From a virus (taxonomy: Duplodnaviria; Caudoviricetes), in IMG/VR virus record IMGVR_UViG_3300032330_001377, positions 1 through 34,601 of that record: 34,601 nt of DNA; one strand, given 5' to 3'. The notes beneath the pieces are model-generated. The model ran no database searches. It was given only the letters and a program-made list of their open reading frames with translations, and had not been told where the DNA came from. Shown piece after piece: positions 18,579 through 26,937 of the stretch. A program made the translations under genes and the position numbers. Every line of letters begins with the position of its first letter. Positions within the stretch are counted from its first letter, which is position 1.

Positions 18579-18868
18579 TGTCTAAATTGATGAAAAGTCG
18601 TTTTAAGGCCGTATGGGATGTTTTGGCTACTATTTTGTGGCGTGGGTTTGGCTTGTTTTTGTTTATTTTGGGTGGTGCTGCCGGAACTGGTGCGATTGTG
18701 GCTGGTTCTTGGATTGATGGTGTTGTGATTGCTTGGGGAACGCTCATGTTGGGTGTTGTTGGTGCGGTTGGTTACGCTATTGCGGTGACTGGTAAGGCTG
18801 ATTCAGATGTTGTTGCTAAAGCCACTCAGGATGCGGTTCAAAAGACGGTTGATAAAACTTCTAAGTAG
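18578..18868 (+). CDS. holin-like membrane protein
   Basis: Two hydrophobic segments; immediately after endolysin. Confidence 0.65.
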   Translation: MSKLMKSRFKAVWDVLATILWRGFGLFLFILGGAAGTGAIVAGSWIDGVVIAWGTLMLGVVGAVGYAIAVTGKADSDVVAKATQDAVQKTVDKTSK

Positions 18869-18908
18869 GTTGATTCGTCGGTTGTTGACAATTCAGGCTT
18901 ATTTTTTG

Positions 18909-19187
18909 TTACGCTGATTTGTTGTTTTGGAAGAAATCTATTCCGCCGAAGATGCCGTATTGTGCGTTAGACATGATTCCAAATTCTCTGCATTGTTGCA
19001 TTAGTGGACATTCTTGGCATATGGCTTTGGCTATTCGTCTTGCCATGCGTTGCATATCAGGTTTTTCATAGTCCTCTGGGTAGAACAGTTCTGGATTTTC
19101 TTCACATGGTGTGCCACCGTTATCAGATTGTAATTCTAAAAGCCGAAATCTTGCGTTTTCGATGGCTTTTTGTCGGCGGTCTGTCAT
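18909..19187 (-). CDS. whiB: WhiB-family Fe-S transcription factor
   Basis: C...PELFYP...AKAICQECP...C...GIFGG (four Cys plus G[IV]WGG-like turn). Confidence 0.9.
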   Translation of the reverse strand: MTDRRQKAIENARFRLLELQSDNGGTPCEENPELFYPEDYEKPDMQRMARRIAKAICQECPLMQQCREFGIMSNAQYGIFGGIDFFQNNKSA

Positions 19188-19215
19188 AGGGTTATCTTAC
19201 TTCGAGAAAGGGAGT
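19188..19215. promoter_or_regulatory. overlapping divergent promoters (whiB / recombination operon)
   Basis: Minus-strand TAAGAT 6 nt before whiB ATG overlaps plus-strand TATCTT upstream of SD GAAAGGGAG. Confidence 0.5.
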
Positions 19216-19219
19216 TTGT

Positions 19220-20095
19220 ATGCCTAAATTTTTGGGTAATTTTGAGTCGGGTTCGGCTGAGTGGTTGGCGTTGCGTGAGGGTGATGCTGTTGTTACTGGA
19301 ACGCTTGTTGGGCAGATTTGTGGTGTGAATCCGTGGGAGTCTGCTTATACGGCTTGGGCTAAGGCTACTGGGAAGATTCCTAGTGAGGTGAAGCAGTCTT
19401 TGGCTATGCGTATTGGTCAGTTGTTTGAAGAGCCTGTGAAGCAGTTGTGGTTGGAACAGAATCCTGATTATCGGATTGAGTCGAATGTTGGCACTTGGTC
19501 GCATGATGAGAATGATTGGGCTAGGGCTAATCCTGATGGGATGCTTATTTGGCCTAATGGTATTCGTGGGATTTTGGAAATTAAGACTGCGCGTATTCCG
19601 TTTGATGAAATGCCTTTGCATTACAAGTATCAGGTGCTTTGGTATTGCTATGTGATGGGTGTTACTCGGGGAAAGTTGGTGGCTTTGTTTGCTGGTAATG
19701 AGTTGCGCGAGTTCGATATTGAGTTTGATTTGTTTGAGTTCAGCACGATTATGGCTGCTGTGAAGCGTTGGCGTGAGTCGGTATTGTCTGATGTTAGGCC
19801 GGAGTGGGACGGGTCTGATTCGACTTATCAGACGGTTCGTGATTTGTCGCCTCGTGATGTTGATGATATGCCTGTTGATTTGGGTGATTTGGGTGTGCAT
19901 TTGCAAAACGCTCAGGCTGATGCGGATAAGGCTTATGCTCATTTGCAGATGTTGAAGTCTGCGACTTTGGATAATTTGGGTTCGGCGAGTCGTGGGGTTG
20001 TGATTGTCGGTGAGCAGGAGTATGTTGTTTGTAGCCGTTCGGTTAATAAGAATGGTGTTGTTTCGTTGACTGTTAAGAAAGGGAAAAATGTCTGA
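19220..20095 (+). CDS. YqaJ/lambda-exonuclease-family recombination nuclease
   Basis: EWL..R, G..PW.S, RANPDG, LEIKT, Y.YQV.WY motifs. Confidence 0.9.
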   Translation: MPKFLGNFESGSAEWLALREGDAVVTGTLVGQICGVNPWESAYTAWAKATGKIPSEVKQSLAMRIGQLFEEPVKQLWLEQNPDYRIESNVGTWSHDENDWARANPDGMLIWPNGIRGILEIKTARIPFDEMPLHYKYQVLWYCYVMGVTRGKLVALFAGNELREFDIEFDLFEFSTIMAAVKRWRESVLSDVRPEWDGSDSTYQTVRDLSPRDVDDMPVDLGDLGVHLQNAQADADKAYAHLQMLKSATLDNLGSASRGVVIVGEQEYVVCSRSVNKNGVVSLTVKKGKNV

Positions 20096-20270
20096 CGAGA
20101 AGAAGCCGTCTGTATTTGAGATGCAGATGGAAATTAATGAGATGTTGGGTAAGCGCATTGATTTGACTGATAAGTGGTTGAGTGAGATGACTGGTGTTGT
20201 CAAGGTGATTACTGAGCGTTTGTTGGTTTTGGAGAATGCTGGTTGTGCTTGTAAGAAAGGTGAGATGTAA
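20088..20270 (+). CDS. hypothetical protein
   Basis: SD AAAGGGA; coupled to neighbours. Confidence 0.6.
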   Translation: MSDEKKPSVFEMQMEINEMLGKRIDLTDKWLSEMTGVVKVITERLLVLENAGCACKKGEM

Positions 20271-20782
20271 TGGCTCAGTTCAATTTGAATGATTATGAAA
20301 CTGTTGAGGAACGCATTAAGCGCCTATATGCGGATGAGCCTAATGCTCGTATCATTACCAAAAATAAGACGACTCCAACTGACAGGGCTGTTTCTACTTG
20401 GGTTGTTAAGGCCGAGATTTGGTTGCCTGATGTGAGTATTGATGGTCGTTATTTAAAAGCGACTGGTTGGGCGTTTGAGATTGATGGCGTTGGCATGGCT
20501 AACAAAACTTCTGCTCTTGAAAACGCTGAAACCTCTGCTATTGGTCGTGCGTTGGCCAATGCTGGATATTCTGGCAATAAGCGCACTAGCCGTGAGGAAA
20601 TGGCTAAGGTTGAGCGCGGTGTCACTCCATCCAAGCGTGATTGGGTGACTGAGGCTGAGCAGTTGGCTCTTGCTTACAATGTTGATGCTTTGTTGGCTTT
20701 GTATTCGGATGCTAAGGCTGCTCGTGTTCCGGCTGATGTGTTGGAACAGATTAAAGATTATGGCGTTGCAGCAAGAGGATAG
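20270..20782 (+). CDS. single-strand annealing protein (Rad52/Sak-like)
   Basis: YETVEERI and ALENAETSAIGRAL motifs; next to exonuclease. Confidence 0.7.
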   Translation: MAQFNLNDYETVEERIKRLYADEPNARIITKNKTTPTDRAVSTWVVKAEIWLPDVSIDGRYLKATGWAFEIDGVGMANKTSALENAETSAIGRALANAGYSGNKRTSREEMAKVERGVTPSKRDWVTEAEQLALAYNVDALLALYSDAKAARVPADVLEQIKDYGVAARG

Positions 20783-20930
20783 GCGAATCCTTTTGGCTTC
20801 TGTGATTGAGTTGCAGGAGTGCATTAATGAGACTTATGGTCAATTTGGTGCTAATGATTTGTTTATGAAATTGGTTGATTTGATTGAAGAAAGGGTTGAG
20901 AAATTAAATGACAAAGATTCTGACTCCTGA
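20760..20930 (+). CDS. hypothetical protein
   Basis: Fills operon gap; start uncertain. Confidence 0.45.
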   Translation: MALQQEDRRILLASVIELQECINETYGQFGANDLFMKLVDLIEERVEKLNDKDSDS

Positions 20931-21252
20931 CATGGTGATTCAGGAATTGCAGCGTTTGATTGCTGAGTCGGCTAAAGCGCCAGCAGCGATTTATGATGCT
21001 GAGTGTAAGTTGGCTGATTGTGAGTTTGAGTATGAACGCATTTATCAGACCACAATTTTGAATACTGAGGGTGCTATTGCGGTGCGTGAGGCTTATGCGA
21101 AGTTGGATGCTGCTGAGGCTCGTTTGGCTGCTGATTTGGCTAAGGCTGAGTTGAATCGTATTCGTAATAAGACTAAGCAGTTGGCTGATGCTGGTATGTT
21201 GACGGCGACTATGGCTAAACAGGTTGAGTTAACCTATAAACATGGCAATTAG
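20908..21252 (+). CDS. hypothetical coiled-coil protein
   Basis: Helical, Ala/Glu-rich; typical codon usage. Confidence 0.65.
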   Translation: MTKILTPDMVIQELQRLIAESAKAPAAIYDAECKLADCEFEYERIYQTTILNTEGAIAVREAYAKLDAAEARLAADLAKAELNRIRNKTKQLADAGMLTATMAKQVELTYKHGN

Positions 21253-21457
21253 CGAAACTTGTTCTTGTGGGGCTTCTATCGAGTTGGATAGGGGTGATGA
21301 GGTTGCGTTGCTTTTGGAGTGGCGTAAATCTCATAAGTGCAAGGTTTCTGGTTCTGCTGATTTTTTTAGTCAGGCTGCTACGAGTGTGGAGTCTGCCCCA
21401 GATTTTACTGATAAGAATTTGCACATTGGTTTCAGGGGTGCAGAGTTCGATGAATAA
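21242..21457 (+). CDS. hypothetical small Zn-binding protein
   Basis: CSC...H.C; overlaps neighbours by a few nt. Confidence 0.6.
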   Translation: MAISETCSCGASIELDRGDEVALLLEWRKSHKCKVSGSADFFSQAATSVESAPDFTDKNLHIGFRGAEFDE

Positions 21458-21782
21458 GAAAAAGTTTCAGAAGTTTCTTGACCGTGACAAGGGGTGTTTT
21501 CATTGTGGTTCGACTGGTGACGACCTTGTGCCTCAGCATCGTAGTAATCGTGGGATGGGTGGTCGTGGGGCTGATAGCCCTAGTAACATCATTGTTTTGT
21601 GTGCTGTGGCTAATGGGTTGTTGGAGTCTGATTCGGCTTTCGCGTCTGTGGGGCGTTTTAACGGCTGGAAATTGAGTAAATGGGGTAATTCCCTAACCGA
21701 GCCTGTTTTTGACGCTTACAGAGGCGTATGGGCTTATTTAGATGATGATTTTGGGCGTTGGGATACGCACAATTTGAAATAA
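21450..21782 (+). CDS. HNH-like nuclease
   Basis: RD..CFHCG...QHR.NRGMGG...N...LC. Confidence 0.65.
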   Translation: MNKKKFQKFLDRDKGCFHCGSTGDDLVPQHRSNRGMGGRGADSPSNIIVLCAVANGLLESDSAFASVGRFNGWKLSKWGNSLTEPVFDAYRGVWAYLDDDFGRWDTHNLK

Positions 21783-21801
21783 CCGAAAGAAAAGGGAAAT
21801 T

Positions 21802-22443
21802 ATGAGTATTGAAGCCATGAATTTGGTGCTGAATTATTCAAAAGCGACTGGTCGAGCAAAACTAGTGCTTTTGGGCATCGCTAACCATTTTGGCGATAAT
21901 GGGGCTTGGCCTAGCATTGAAACTTTGGCTCGTTATGCGAACGCTTCTGAAAGGTCTGTTAAGCGTGACATTCAAGAGTTGGTTGAACTCGGCGAGTTGA
22001 CTGTTGAGGTTAATTCTGCCCCGATGAAATCGCAATATAAGACGAATTTGTATTGGATTAATGTTGAGGCAGGGGTGACAACTCAGGTAAGCAGGGGTGA
22101 CAACTCAGGTAAATCAGGGGTGACACCTGTTGGCACGCAAACCATCATTAAGAACCATAAAGAATCAGATACTAGAGCGACACGAATTCCTGAAGATTTT
22201 TCTGTTAGTCGTGAGATGAGAAATTGGGCTTCTTTAAATCATCCTGATGTGGACATTGACAAAGCCACTTTGAACTTTGTAGATTATTGGGAAACTAAAC
22301 CAAAGAACAATACAAAGTTGGATTGGGTTAGGACTTGGCAGACTTGGATTCGTAATACTCGCCCAGAAGTCAAGCAGGGCAATAGGGCTACTGAGAATAA
22401 GTCGGTTTTGGATGAGTTTAGGAAGCGTTATGGAAGCCGTTGA
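21802..22443 (+). CDS. replication initiator (N-terminal HTH, DnaD-like C-terminus)
   Basis: KLVLL.IAN, AWPSIETLA, SERSV.R; C-terminal F.DYW...DW..TW..W; internal tandem repeats. Confidence 0.8.
   Translation: MSIEAMNLVLNYSKATGRAKLVLLGIANHFGDNGAWPSIETLARYANASERSVKRDIQELVELGELTVEVNSAPMKSQYKTNLYWINVEAGVTTQVSRGDNSGKSGVTPVGTQTIIKNHKESDTRATRIPEDFSVSREMRNWASLNHPDVDIDKATLNFVDYWETKPKNNTKLDWVRTWQTWIRNTRPEVKQGNRATENKSVLDEFRKRYGSR
22069..22125 (+). repeat. 22-bp tandem iterons inside the initiator gene (probable origin)
   Basis: GCAGGGGTGACAACTCAGGTAA x2 (22069-22090, 22091-22112) plus partial CAGGGGTGACA (22115-22125). Confidence 0.75.
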
Positions 22444-22786
22444 TACCGCAAGTATTTTAGAGTTTCTGTCTTTGACGGATAATCGCAAAATTCATCCTGA
22501 CGGCATTTTGGCTTGGCATGGGCTTATTGGGCATTTAGATTTTGATTTGGCTCGTGAGGCTGCACATTTGGCTAAACAGGATGTTGCGATTGACTGGGTT
22601 GAACCTAAACACATTTTGGCAAAAGCAAGAATTATTGCTGACCGGAAACTTACTGAGACTCGGCGTGAACAGTCTGGTCAACCGATTCAGCGCAAAGTTG
22701 GTTCGCCTATCCCTATTTGTAAGCATGGTGAAAAACTTGTTTTTTGTTCGCCGTGTTGTATTGAGTTGGCTAAGAAAAAACGCTAA
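22430..22786 (+). CDS. putative helicase loader/inhibitor (G39P-like)
   Basis: Follows initiator; D.R......AW..L...LD...A..A pattern. Confidence 0.55.
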   Translation: MEAVDTASILEFLSLTDNRKIHPDGILAWHGLIGHLDFDLAREAAHLAKQDVAIDWVEPKHILAKARIIADRKLTETRREQSGQPIQRKVGSPIPICKHGEKLVFCSPCCIELAKKKR

Positions 22787-22789
22787 GGT

Positions 22790-23089
22790 GTGGTTGTGGA
22801 TGAAAACCAAGTGCTTTGTTACAGGTGCGGATTTGTTTGGGCTGTTGCCCCAAAGAAGCGCCGTGACAGGATGCTTTGTCAGTCGTGTCGGGCTAAACCT
22901 GCCACAACAATCCAGTATGGTAAGACTCGGTGCATTAGTTGGCATGGTTTGTATGCTGCTGATGGCGTGACCCCAATTTTGGATGGTGAACCATTCATGC
23001 CGGGTGAGCGTTCTTGCGGACACACAGATTGTGTGGCTTCAGGACATCAGATAAACCGATTATCAGCGGTTTCTGATAAAAATAAATGA
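22790..23089 (+). CDS. Cys-rich Zn-binding protein
   Basis: CxxC, CxxC, G.R.CG..DC....H; paralog at 27037. Confidence 0.65.
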   Translation: MVVDENQVLCYRCGFVWAVAPKKRRDRMLCQSCRAKPATTIQYGKTRCISWHGLYAADGVTPILDGEPFMPGERSCGHTDCVASGHQINRLSAVSDKNK

Positions 23090-23096
23090 AAGGGTC

Positions 23097-23426
23097 ATGG
23101 GAATGGCTAAAGTAACACTAGAGTTCGTAAAGGTCGAAAAGGCTGGTAACGGACATTGCACAGTTGTTGAGGAATACACTCGCAACGATGGTTCAAAGGG
23201 TAAAACTTGGTTCAAAGTTTGGTCGAACACTCCTGTTCAGCCAGATGATGTTATTCATGTTTCTGGTTTGATGTCTGCTAAACCTGCTATTGATTTTGCA
23301 ACAGGTCAGGAACGCAAGTGGACTGACAAGTCAGGCAAGGAACACACCTCGATTGAGGTTCATGTCAATGAGGCTGTTATCAGCAAGTTGGGTAGCGACA
23401 AGCCTCGTGGGAACGACCCTTTCTAA
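23097..23426 (+). CDS. ssb: single-stranded DNA-binding protein (OB-fold, divergent)
   Basis: TWFKVW, V.G.M...W.DK.G..H; C-terminal DPF tail. Confidence 0.7.
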   Translation: MGMAKVTLEFVKVEKAGNGHCTVVEEYTRNDGSKGKTWFKVWSNTPVQPDDVIHVSGLMSAKPAIDFATGQERKWTDKSGKEHTSIEVHVNEAVISKLGSDKPRGNDPF

Positions 23427-23584
23427 TGCCTAAAGTGCTTGCTACTATCATCCAGTTGTGGTCTTGTTACCTTTTCTGGTTGATTGGCGATACTGCTGAA
23501 TTTTCTGGTTTTGTGCGCGTTTCTGCATTGATGCTAATGGTTTTGTTTGCTTTCGCAGCGGTCAATGTATGGGTAAAGAAATAG
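23426..23584 (+). CDS. small two-TM membrane protein (52 aa, not in ORF track)
   Basis: TAATG coupling; MPKVLATIIQLWSCYLFWLIGDTAEFSGFVRVSALMLMVLFAFAAVNVWVKK. Confidence 0.6.
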   Translation: MPKVLATIIQLWSCYLFWLIGDTAEFSGFVRVSALMLMVLFAFAAVNVWVKK

Positions 23585-24018
23585 TTTTGCCAAACCAGAA
23601 ACGGAAAGAGTTTTCTTTTTTCGTTGAGGGGCGACCTGCACCACAAGGCTCTAAGAGTTATCGTGGGAATGGTCGCTTCTCTGAAGCATCAAAATATTTA
23701 CCTGCTTGGCGTAGCGAAATTGTTTTGGCTATCCGGCAGAAGATGTTACAAACTGAATCGTTTGTGATGTTTGATGAACCTGTAAAGGTTTCTGTAACTT
23801 TTTTTATCACCAAGCCCAAGAACCCAAAGTGGCCTTATCCGGCTACAACACCTGATTTGGATAAATTGGTTCGTGGCGTTTTTGACTCCATCACTCAATC
23901 AAAGTTGTGGGTAGATGACTGTTTGGTCGTTGAGTTGATTGCCAAAGAAGTTTGGTGTGGCAGCACCCCCGACACTTACCCTGTTTCAGGTGCAAGCATC
24001 ACTATTTCGGCTTTATAA
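23569..24018 (+). CDS. rusA: RusA-like Holliday junction resolvase
   Basis: G.PAPQGSK, PDLDKL.R...D, W.DD..V motifs. Confidence 0.9.
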   Translation: MGKEIVLPNQKRKEFSFFVEGRPAPQGSKSYRGNGRFSEASKYLPAWRSEIVLAIRQKMLQTESFVMFDEPVKVSVTFFITKPKNPKWPYPATTPDLDKLVRGVFDSITQSKLWVDDCLVVELIAKEVWCGSTPDTYPVSGASITISAL

Positions 24019-24109
24019 CAGTTTGATAACTTGGCGTGTTATTACTTGCAAAACACTCTCAAAAGAAATACAGTTTCCTTGTGACCGAAATACGGTTACA
24101 GAAAAGGGA
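24015..24109 (+). promoter_or_regulatory. sigma70-type promoter with inverted GTTATC direct-repeat box and 5' hairpin
   Basis: ATAACAGTTTGATAAC (24015-24030); TTGCAA 24046 / 17 bp / TACAGT 24069; hairpin TGTGACCG..CGGTTACA; SD AAAGGGA. Confidence 0.6.
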
Positions 24110-24112
24110 ATC

Positions 24113-24391
24113 ATGGCAAGTGCAAGAAAAACTGACCCTCACACCTCACATGAGGCTGCCGAGTCAGTTATTGAAGTTTCAGACACGCAATACAAGATTT
24201 GGTCATTGTTGCGTAAGCCCCTAACAGATGAAGAACTTGTTTCTGCTTTTAGGGCTAAAGGTTGGCTTGGCACAGAATCTGGTATTCGTTCGCGCCGTAA
24301 AGATTTGGTCAATTTAGGTGTTGTTGTTGCCAAGTCTTATGCAACTACTCGTGCTGGTCGTAAGTGCATTGTTTGGGGTCAAGATGCGTAA
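24113..24391 (+). CDS. winged-helix DNA-binding protein
   Basis: AR.TDP.TSHEAA, TDEEL, SGIRSRR.DLV..G, GR...VW. Confidence 0.75.
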   Translation: MASARKTDPHTSHEAAESVIEVSDTQYKIWSLLRKPLTDEELVSAFRAKGWLGTESGIRSRRKDLVNLGVVVAKSYATTRAGRKCIVWGQDA

Positions 24392-24632
24392 ATGTGAGAT
24401 TGATGGTTGCACAGGTCAGCACCGCGCTCGTGGTTTGTGCATTATTCATTACAACAACTGGGTTCGTTATCAGTCTGGTGTTGGCAAGTTTGAGGCTAAG
24501 TTCCGTGCTGCTGAGCGTGAGCGCATTTTGGCTGCTGTTGAGAAATTGCGACCTTACATTGATGAGAATGGTGTCAATTGGTTTCCTCAGTTCAATACAA
24601 TTATTGCTGCTATCAAAGGGGATAACAAGTGA
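24384..24632 (+). CDS. hypothetical protein (C..GC...ARGLC..HY Zn motif plus ERERI motif)
   Basis: Motifs visible in translation; overlap coupling. Confidence 0.65.
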   Translation: MRKCEIDGCTGQHRARGLCIIHYNNWVRYQSGVGKFEAKFRAAERERILAAVEKLRPYIDENGVNWFPQFNTIIAAIKGDNK

Positions 24633-24817
24633 GTGAAGCACTTTACACGCAGGAACAATTAATTCGGACACGCAACGAAAACTACAACGCTGGTATTCAA
24701 GATGAGCGTGAACGCATTATCAAACTGCTAAAGGAGCAGACCGACCATGCTTGCCCCGATTGCCTAGACAGGGCTATCAACGATGCTATCGCTCTTATCA
24801 AGGGAGAGAACAAGTGA
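24629..24817 (+). CDS. hypothetical protein (ERERI family, CxxC)
   Basis: GTGA overlaps on both ends. Confidence 0.65.
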   Translation: MSEALYTQEQLIRTRNENYNAGIQDERERIIKLLKEQTDHACPDCLDRAINDAIALIKGENK

Positions 24818-24987
24818 CTCAAACCCCAATTTTCAATGGCATTTACGATGCTGCTGCTGCTGCCCACAAAAACGGCAAACTACTAGGAAAACTAGAAATG
24901 AAACAAGAAATCCTAGAACTACTCAAAGACCGTAAACGCATAGATGCTGCACTACTCAAAAAGATTGAGGAAATGAAATGCCACTAG
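24814..24987 (+). CDS. hypothetical protein
   Basis: GTG 24814 with SD AAGGGAGA. Confidence 0.55.
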   Translation: MTQTPIFNGIYDAAAAAHKNGKLLGKLEMKQEILELLKDRKRIDAALLKKIEEMKCH

Positions 24988-25187
24988 ATATGGACAAAGA
25001 AGAACTAAACATCAGCATGGCTGAATTTATAAACCAAATGAATGTTGCTCTAGATAACGGCAAAATTGTTGGGCGTATTGCTGAGCGCGATTTAATCATT
25101 GATTGGCTAGAAGAAGTATCATCACACCCATCAAAACCATCAATCAAATGGATTATTGACAGACTAAGGAACGGCATAGATGGGTAA
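24978..25187 (+). CDS. hypothetical protein
   Basis: SD GAGG; AERDLII resembles the ERERI motif. Confidence 0.55.
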   Translation: MPLDMDKEELNISMAEFINQMNVALDNGKIVGRIAERDLIIDWLEEVSSHPSKPSIKWIIDRLRNGIDG

Positions 25188-25323
25188 GCACAAAGCACAA
25201 CCCCGCCGGACACCCCTGCGATGGAAACTAGCCAGAATCAATAACTATCTGCTCTTTTTCAGCCCAAAACCAGTATTTATTATTTACAAAACACTTAGGA
25301 GTTTCATTGCGAGATTTCGCTAA
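25180..25323 (+). CDS. small basic protein (47 aa, MGKH..., not in ORF track)
   Basis: SD AAGGA; fills gap with overlaps. Confidence 0.45.
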   Translation: MGKHKAQPRRTPLRWKLARINNYLLFFSPKPVFIIYKTLRSFIARFR

Positions 25324-25501
25324 AACATATAAACTCTTGTCTGAGGCAGCAGATTTGCTATCCGATAAGAACTTGGTTTGGTCTGAGGACTTTGAGGCAA
25401 TACGCAAACCGCTGGCTGCATGGGTAACAAACGAAGCGCGACAAGCACAAGTGGCAGACCCAAACGCTATCAAGTTAGCCAAAGCATTAACAAGGGAGTA
25501 G
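25307..25501 (+). CDS. hypothetical protein
   Basis: SD TAGGAG before TTG. Confidence 0.6.
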   Translation: MRDFAKTYKLLSEAADLLSDKNLVWSEDFEAIRKPLAAWVTNEARQAQVADPNAIKLAKALTRE

Positions 25502-25503
25502 AA

Positions 25504-25731
25504 ATGCTTGAAAATTTGAAACCACCAGTTAGACAATTCAGTTGCCGTGTAAGAACTGTTCTAAATGGTTTGGAAAGCAAAGATGCAAAGATTCTTGAAC
25601 AAGCACTTGTATCACCAGATTGGGCTGCTAAAAGCCTTTCAAATGAATTAAAGAAACTTGGTTTGCTACTTTCAGATAATGCCATAACCAATCACCGTAA
25701 AAAGTCGTGTGCTTGCTTTAGGGTTAACTAA
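25504..25731 (+). CDS. hypothetical protein (possible Zn/HTH)
   Basis: SD AAGGGAG; C...HR...C.C; TAATG-coupled to the phosphoesterase. Confidence 0.65.
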   Translation: MLENLKPPVRQFSCRVRTVLNGLESKDAKILEQALVSPDWAAKSLSNELKKLGLLLSDNAITNHRKKSCACFRVN

Positions 25732-26900
25732 TGTTAGAAAATCTTGAACCAACCATAAAAATTAAACCACCATCAGGGTTTGAACCAGCACTTGAATTTG
25801 ATGGTTCTTTGGGTGAAGCCACATTACCCGCATTATCGGATGATGAGAAACCAGATTTTGAACAGTTCCTTATTGAGGCAGGTTTTGACCCTGAACAGTA
25901 TGAGGTTGTTGGTGTGCCACGCACTTCGCGTTGGCAGGTTGCAAGACCTTTTCCGCTTGAACCTCAATGGTTGACTTCTTACAAGTTTCGGTTTCAGAAA
26001 CGCAATGGTGTTGTATTGGATTTGCCTACGCTTTATGCGGAAGTAAAGAAAACAAAAAAACCTACGATAAAGCCAGTAGTTTCGGACAAAGTATTTGTTG
26101 CTTGTTTGGCTGATTTTCAGGTTGGTAAAACTGACCAGCGTGGTGGTAGCAAGGAACTTGTTGAGCGTATTCATAACTCTTATGCGTTGATTGAGCAGCA
26201 TTTGAAGAAGAACAAGTATGAGCGTATTTATGCGGTTGACTTGGGTGACATTATTGAGGGTTTTGAGAATGCTGCTAATCTTCAACAGTTGCAGGGTAAT
26301 GATTTGAGTATCATGCAGCAGGTTGATTTGGCTTGTGCGCTTATCTGGGATTTTTTGAAGATGGCAACCAAATACGCACCTGTCACTTATGCGTCTATTG
26401 GGTCTAATCATTGCCAATGGCGTGTAAGCAAACAGGCTGTTGGTAAGCCGGGTGTTGATGACTGGGGCATTGTTATTTTGCAGCAGGTTCGCCGTTTGGC
26501 TTCAGAAGTTGGTTTGCCTGTCGAGTTCCTTATCCCACAACCGCATGATGAGTCGTTGGCTTTTGATGCGTTTGATGATGGTTTTCACATTGTTGGTGTG
26601 GCTCACGGACACCAATACAACCGCCCAGATAACGCTGTGACTTGGTGGCGTGGGTCAACATTTGGTCATCAACCTGTGGCTGCTGCCTCGCTACTTCTCA
26701 CAGGTCACTTTCACCATTTGCGAGTTGTTGAAGTTGGTGAATCACATAATGGCGGTTCGCGTTACTGGGTGCAAGCCACAACATCAGATAATGGTTCGTC
26801 TTGGTTTAGGCGAGTTTCTGGCGAAGATTCAAAATCTGGTATTACCTGTTTGGAACTTCAAAAAGGTGTTTATTTTGGTGGAAGTGTAATAAGATTTTAA
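25731..26900 (+). CDS. calcineurin-like metallophosphoesterase (divergent motifs)
   Basis: ADFQ, LGDIIEG, SNH, HGH, GHFH motifs. Confidence 0.8.
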   Translation: MLENLEPTIKIKPPSGFEPALEFDGSLGEATLPALSDDEKPDFEQFLIEAGFDPEQYEVVGVPRTSRWQVARPFPLEPQWLTSYKFRFQKRNGVVLDLPTLYAEVKKTKKPTIKPVVSDKVFVACLADFQVGKTDQRGGSKELVERIHNSYALIEQHLKKNKYERIYAVDLGDIIEGFENAANLQQLQGNDLSIMQQVDLACALIWDFLKMATKYAPVTYASIGSNHCQWRVSKQAVGKPGVDDWGIVILQQVRRLASEVGLPVEFLIPQPHDESLAFDAFDDGFHIVGVAHGHQYNRPDNAVTWWRGSTFGHQPVAAASLLLTGHFHHLRVVEVGESHNGGSRYWVQATTSDNGSSWFRRVSGEDSKSGITCLELQKGVYFGGSVIRF

Positions 26901-26937
26901 AAGATTCCTTATCAGACTACGCATCTGGTGAGGAGTT

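Noticed and set aside
18869-18908. Bidirectional terminator between holin and whiB
   Set aside because: Only a weak, mismatched stem; expected from context but not supportable.
19184-20203. 339-aa minus-strand ORF (and similar ones at 783-1460, 11028-11549, 25833-26417)
   Set aside because: Antisense shadows of well-supported genes with biased I/T/N/S/R composition and no motifs.
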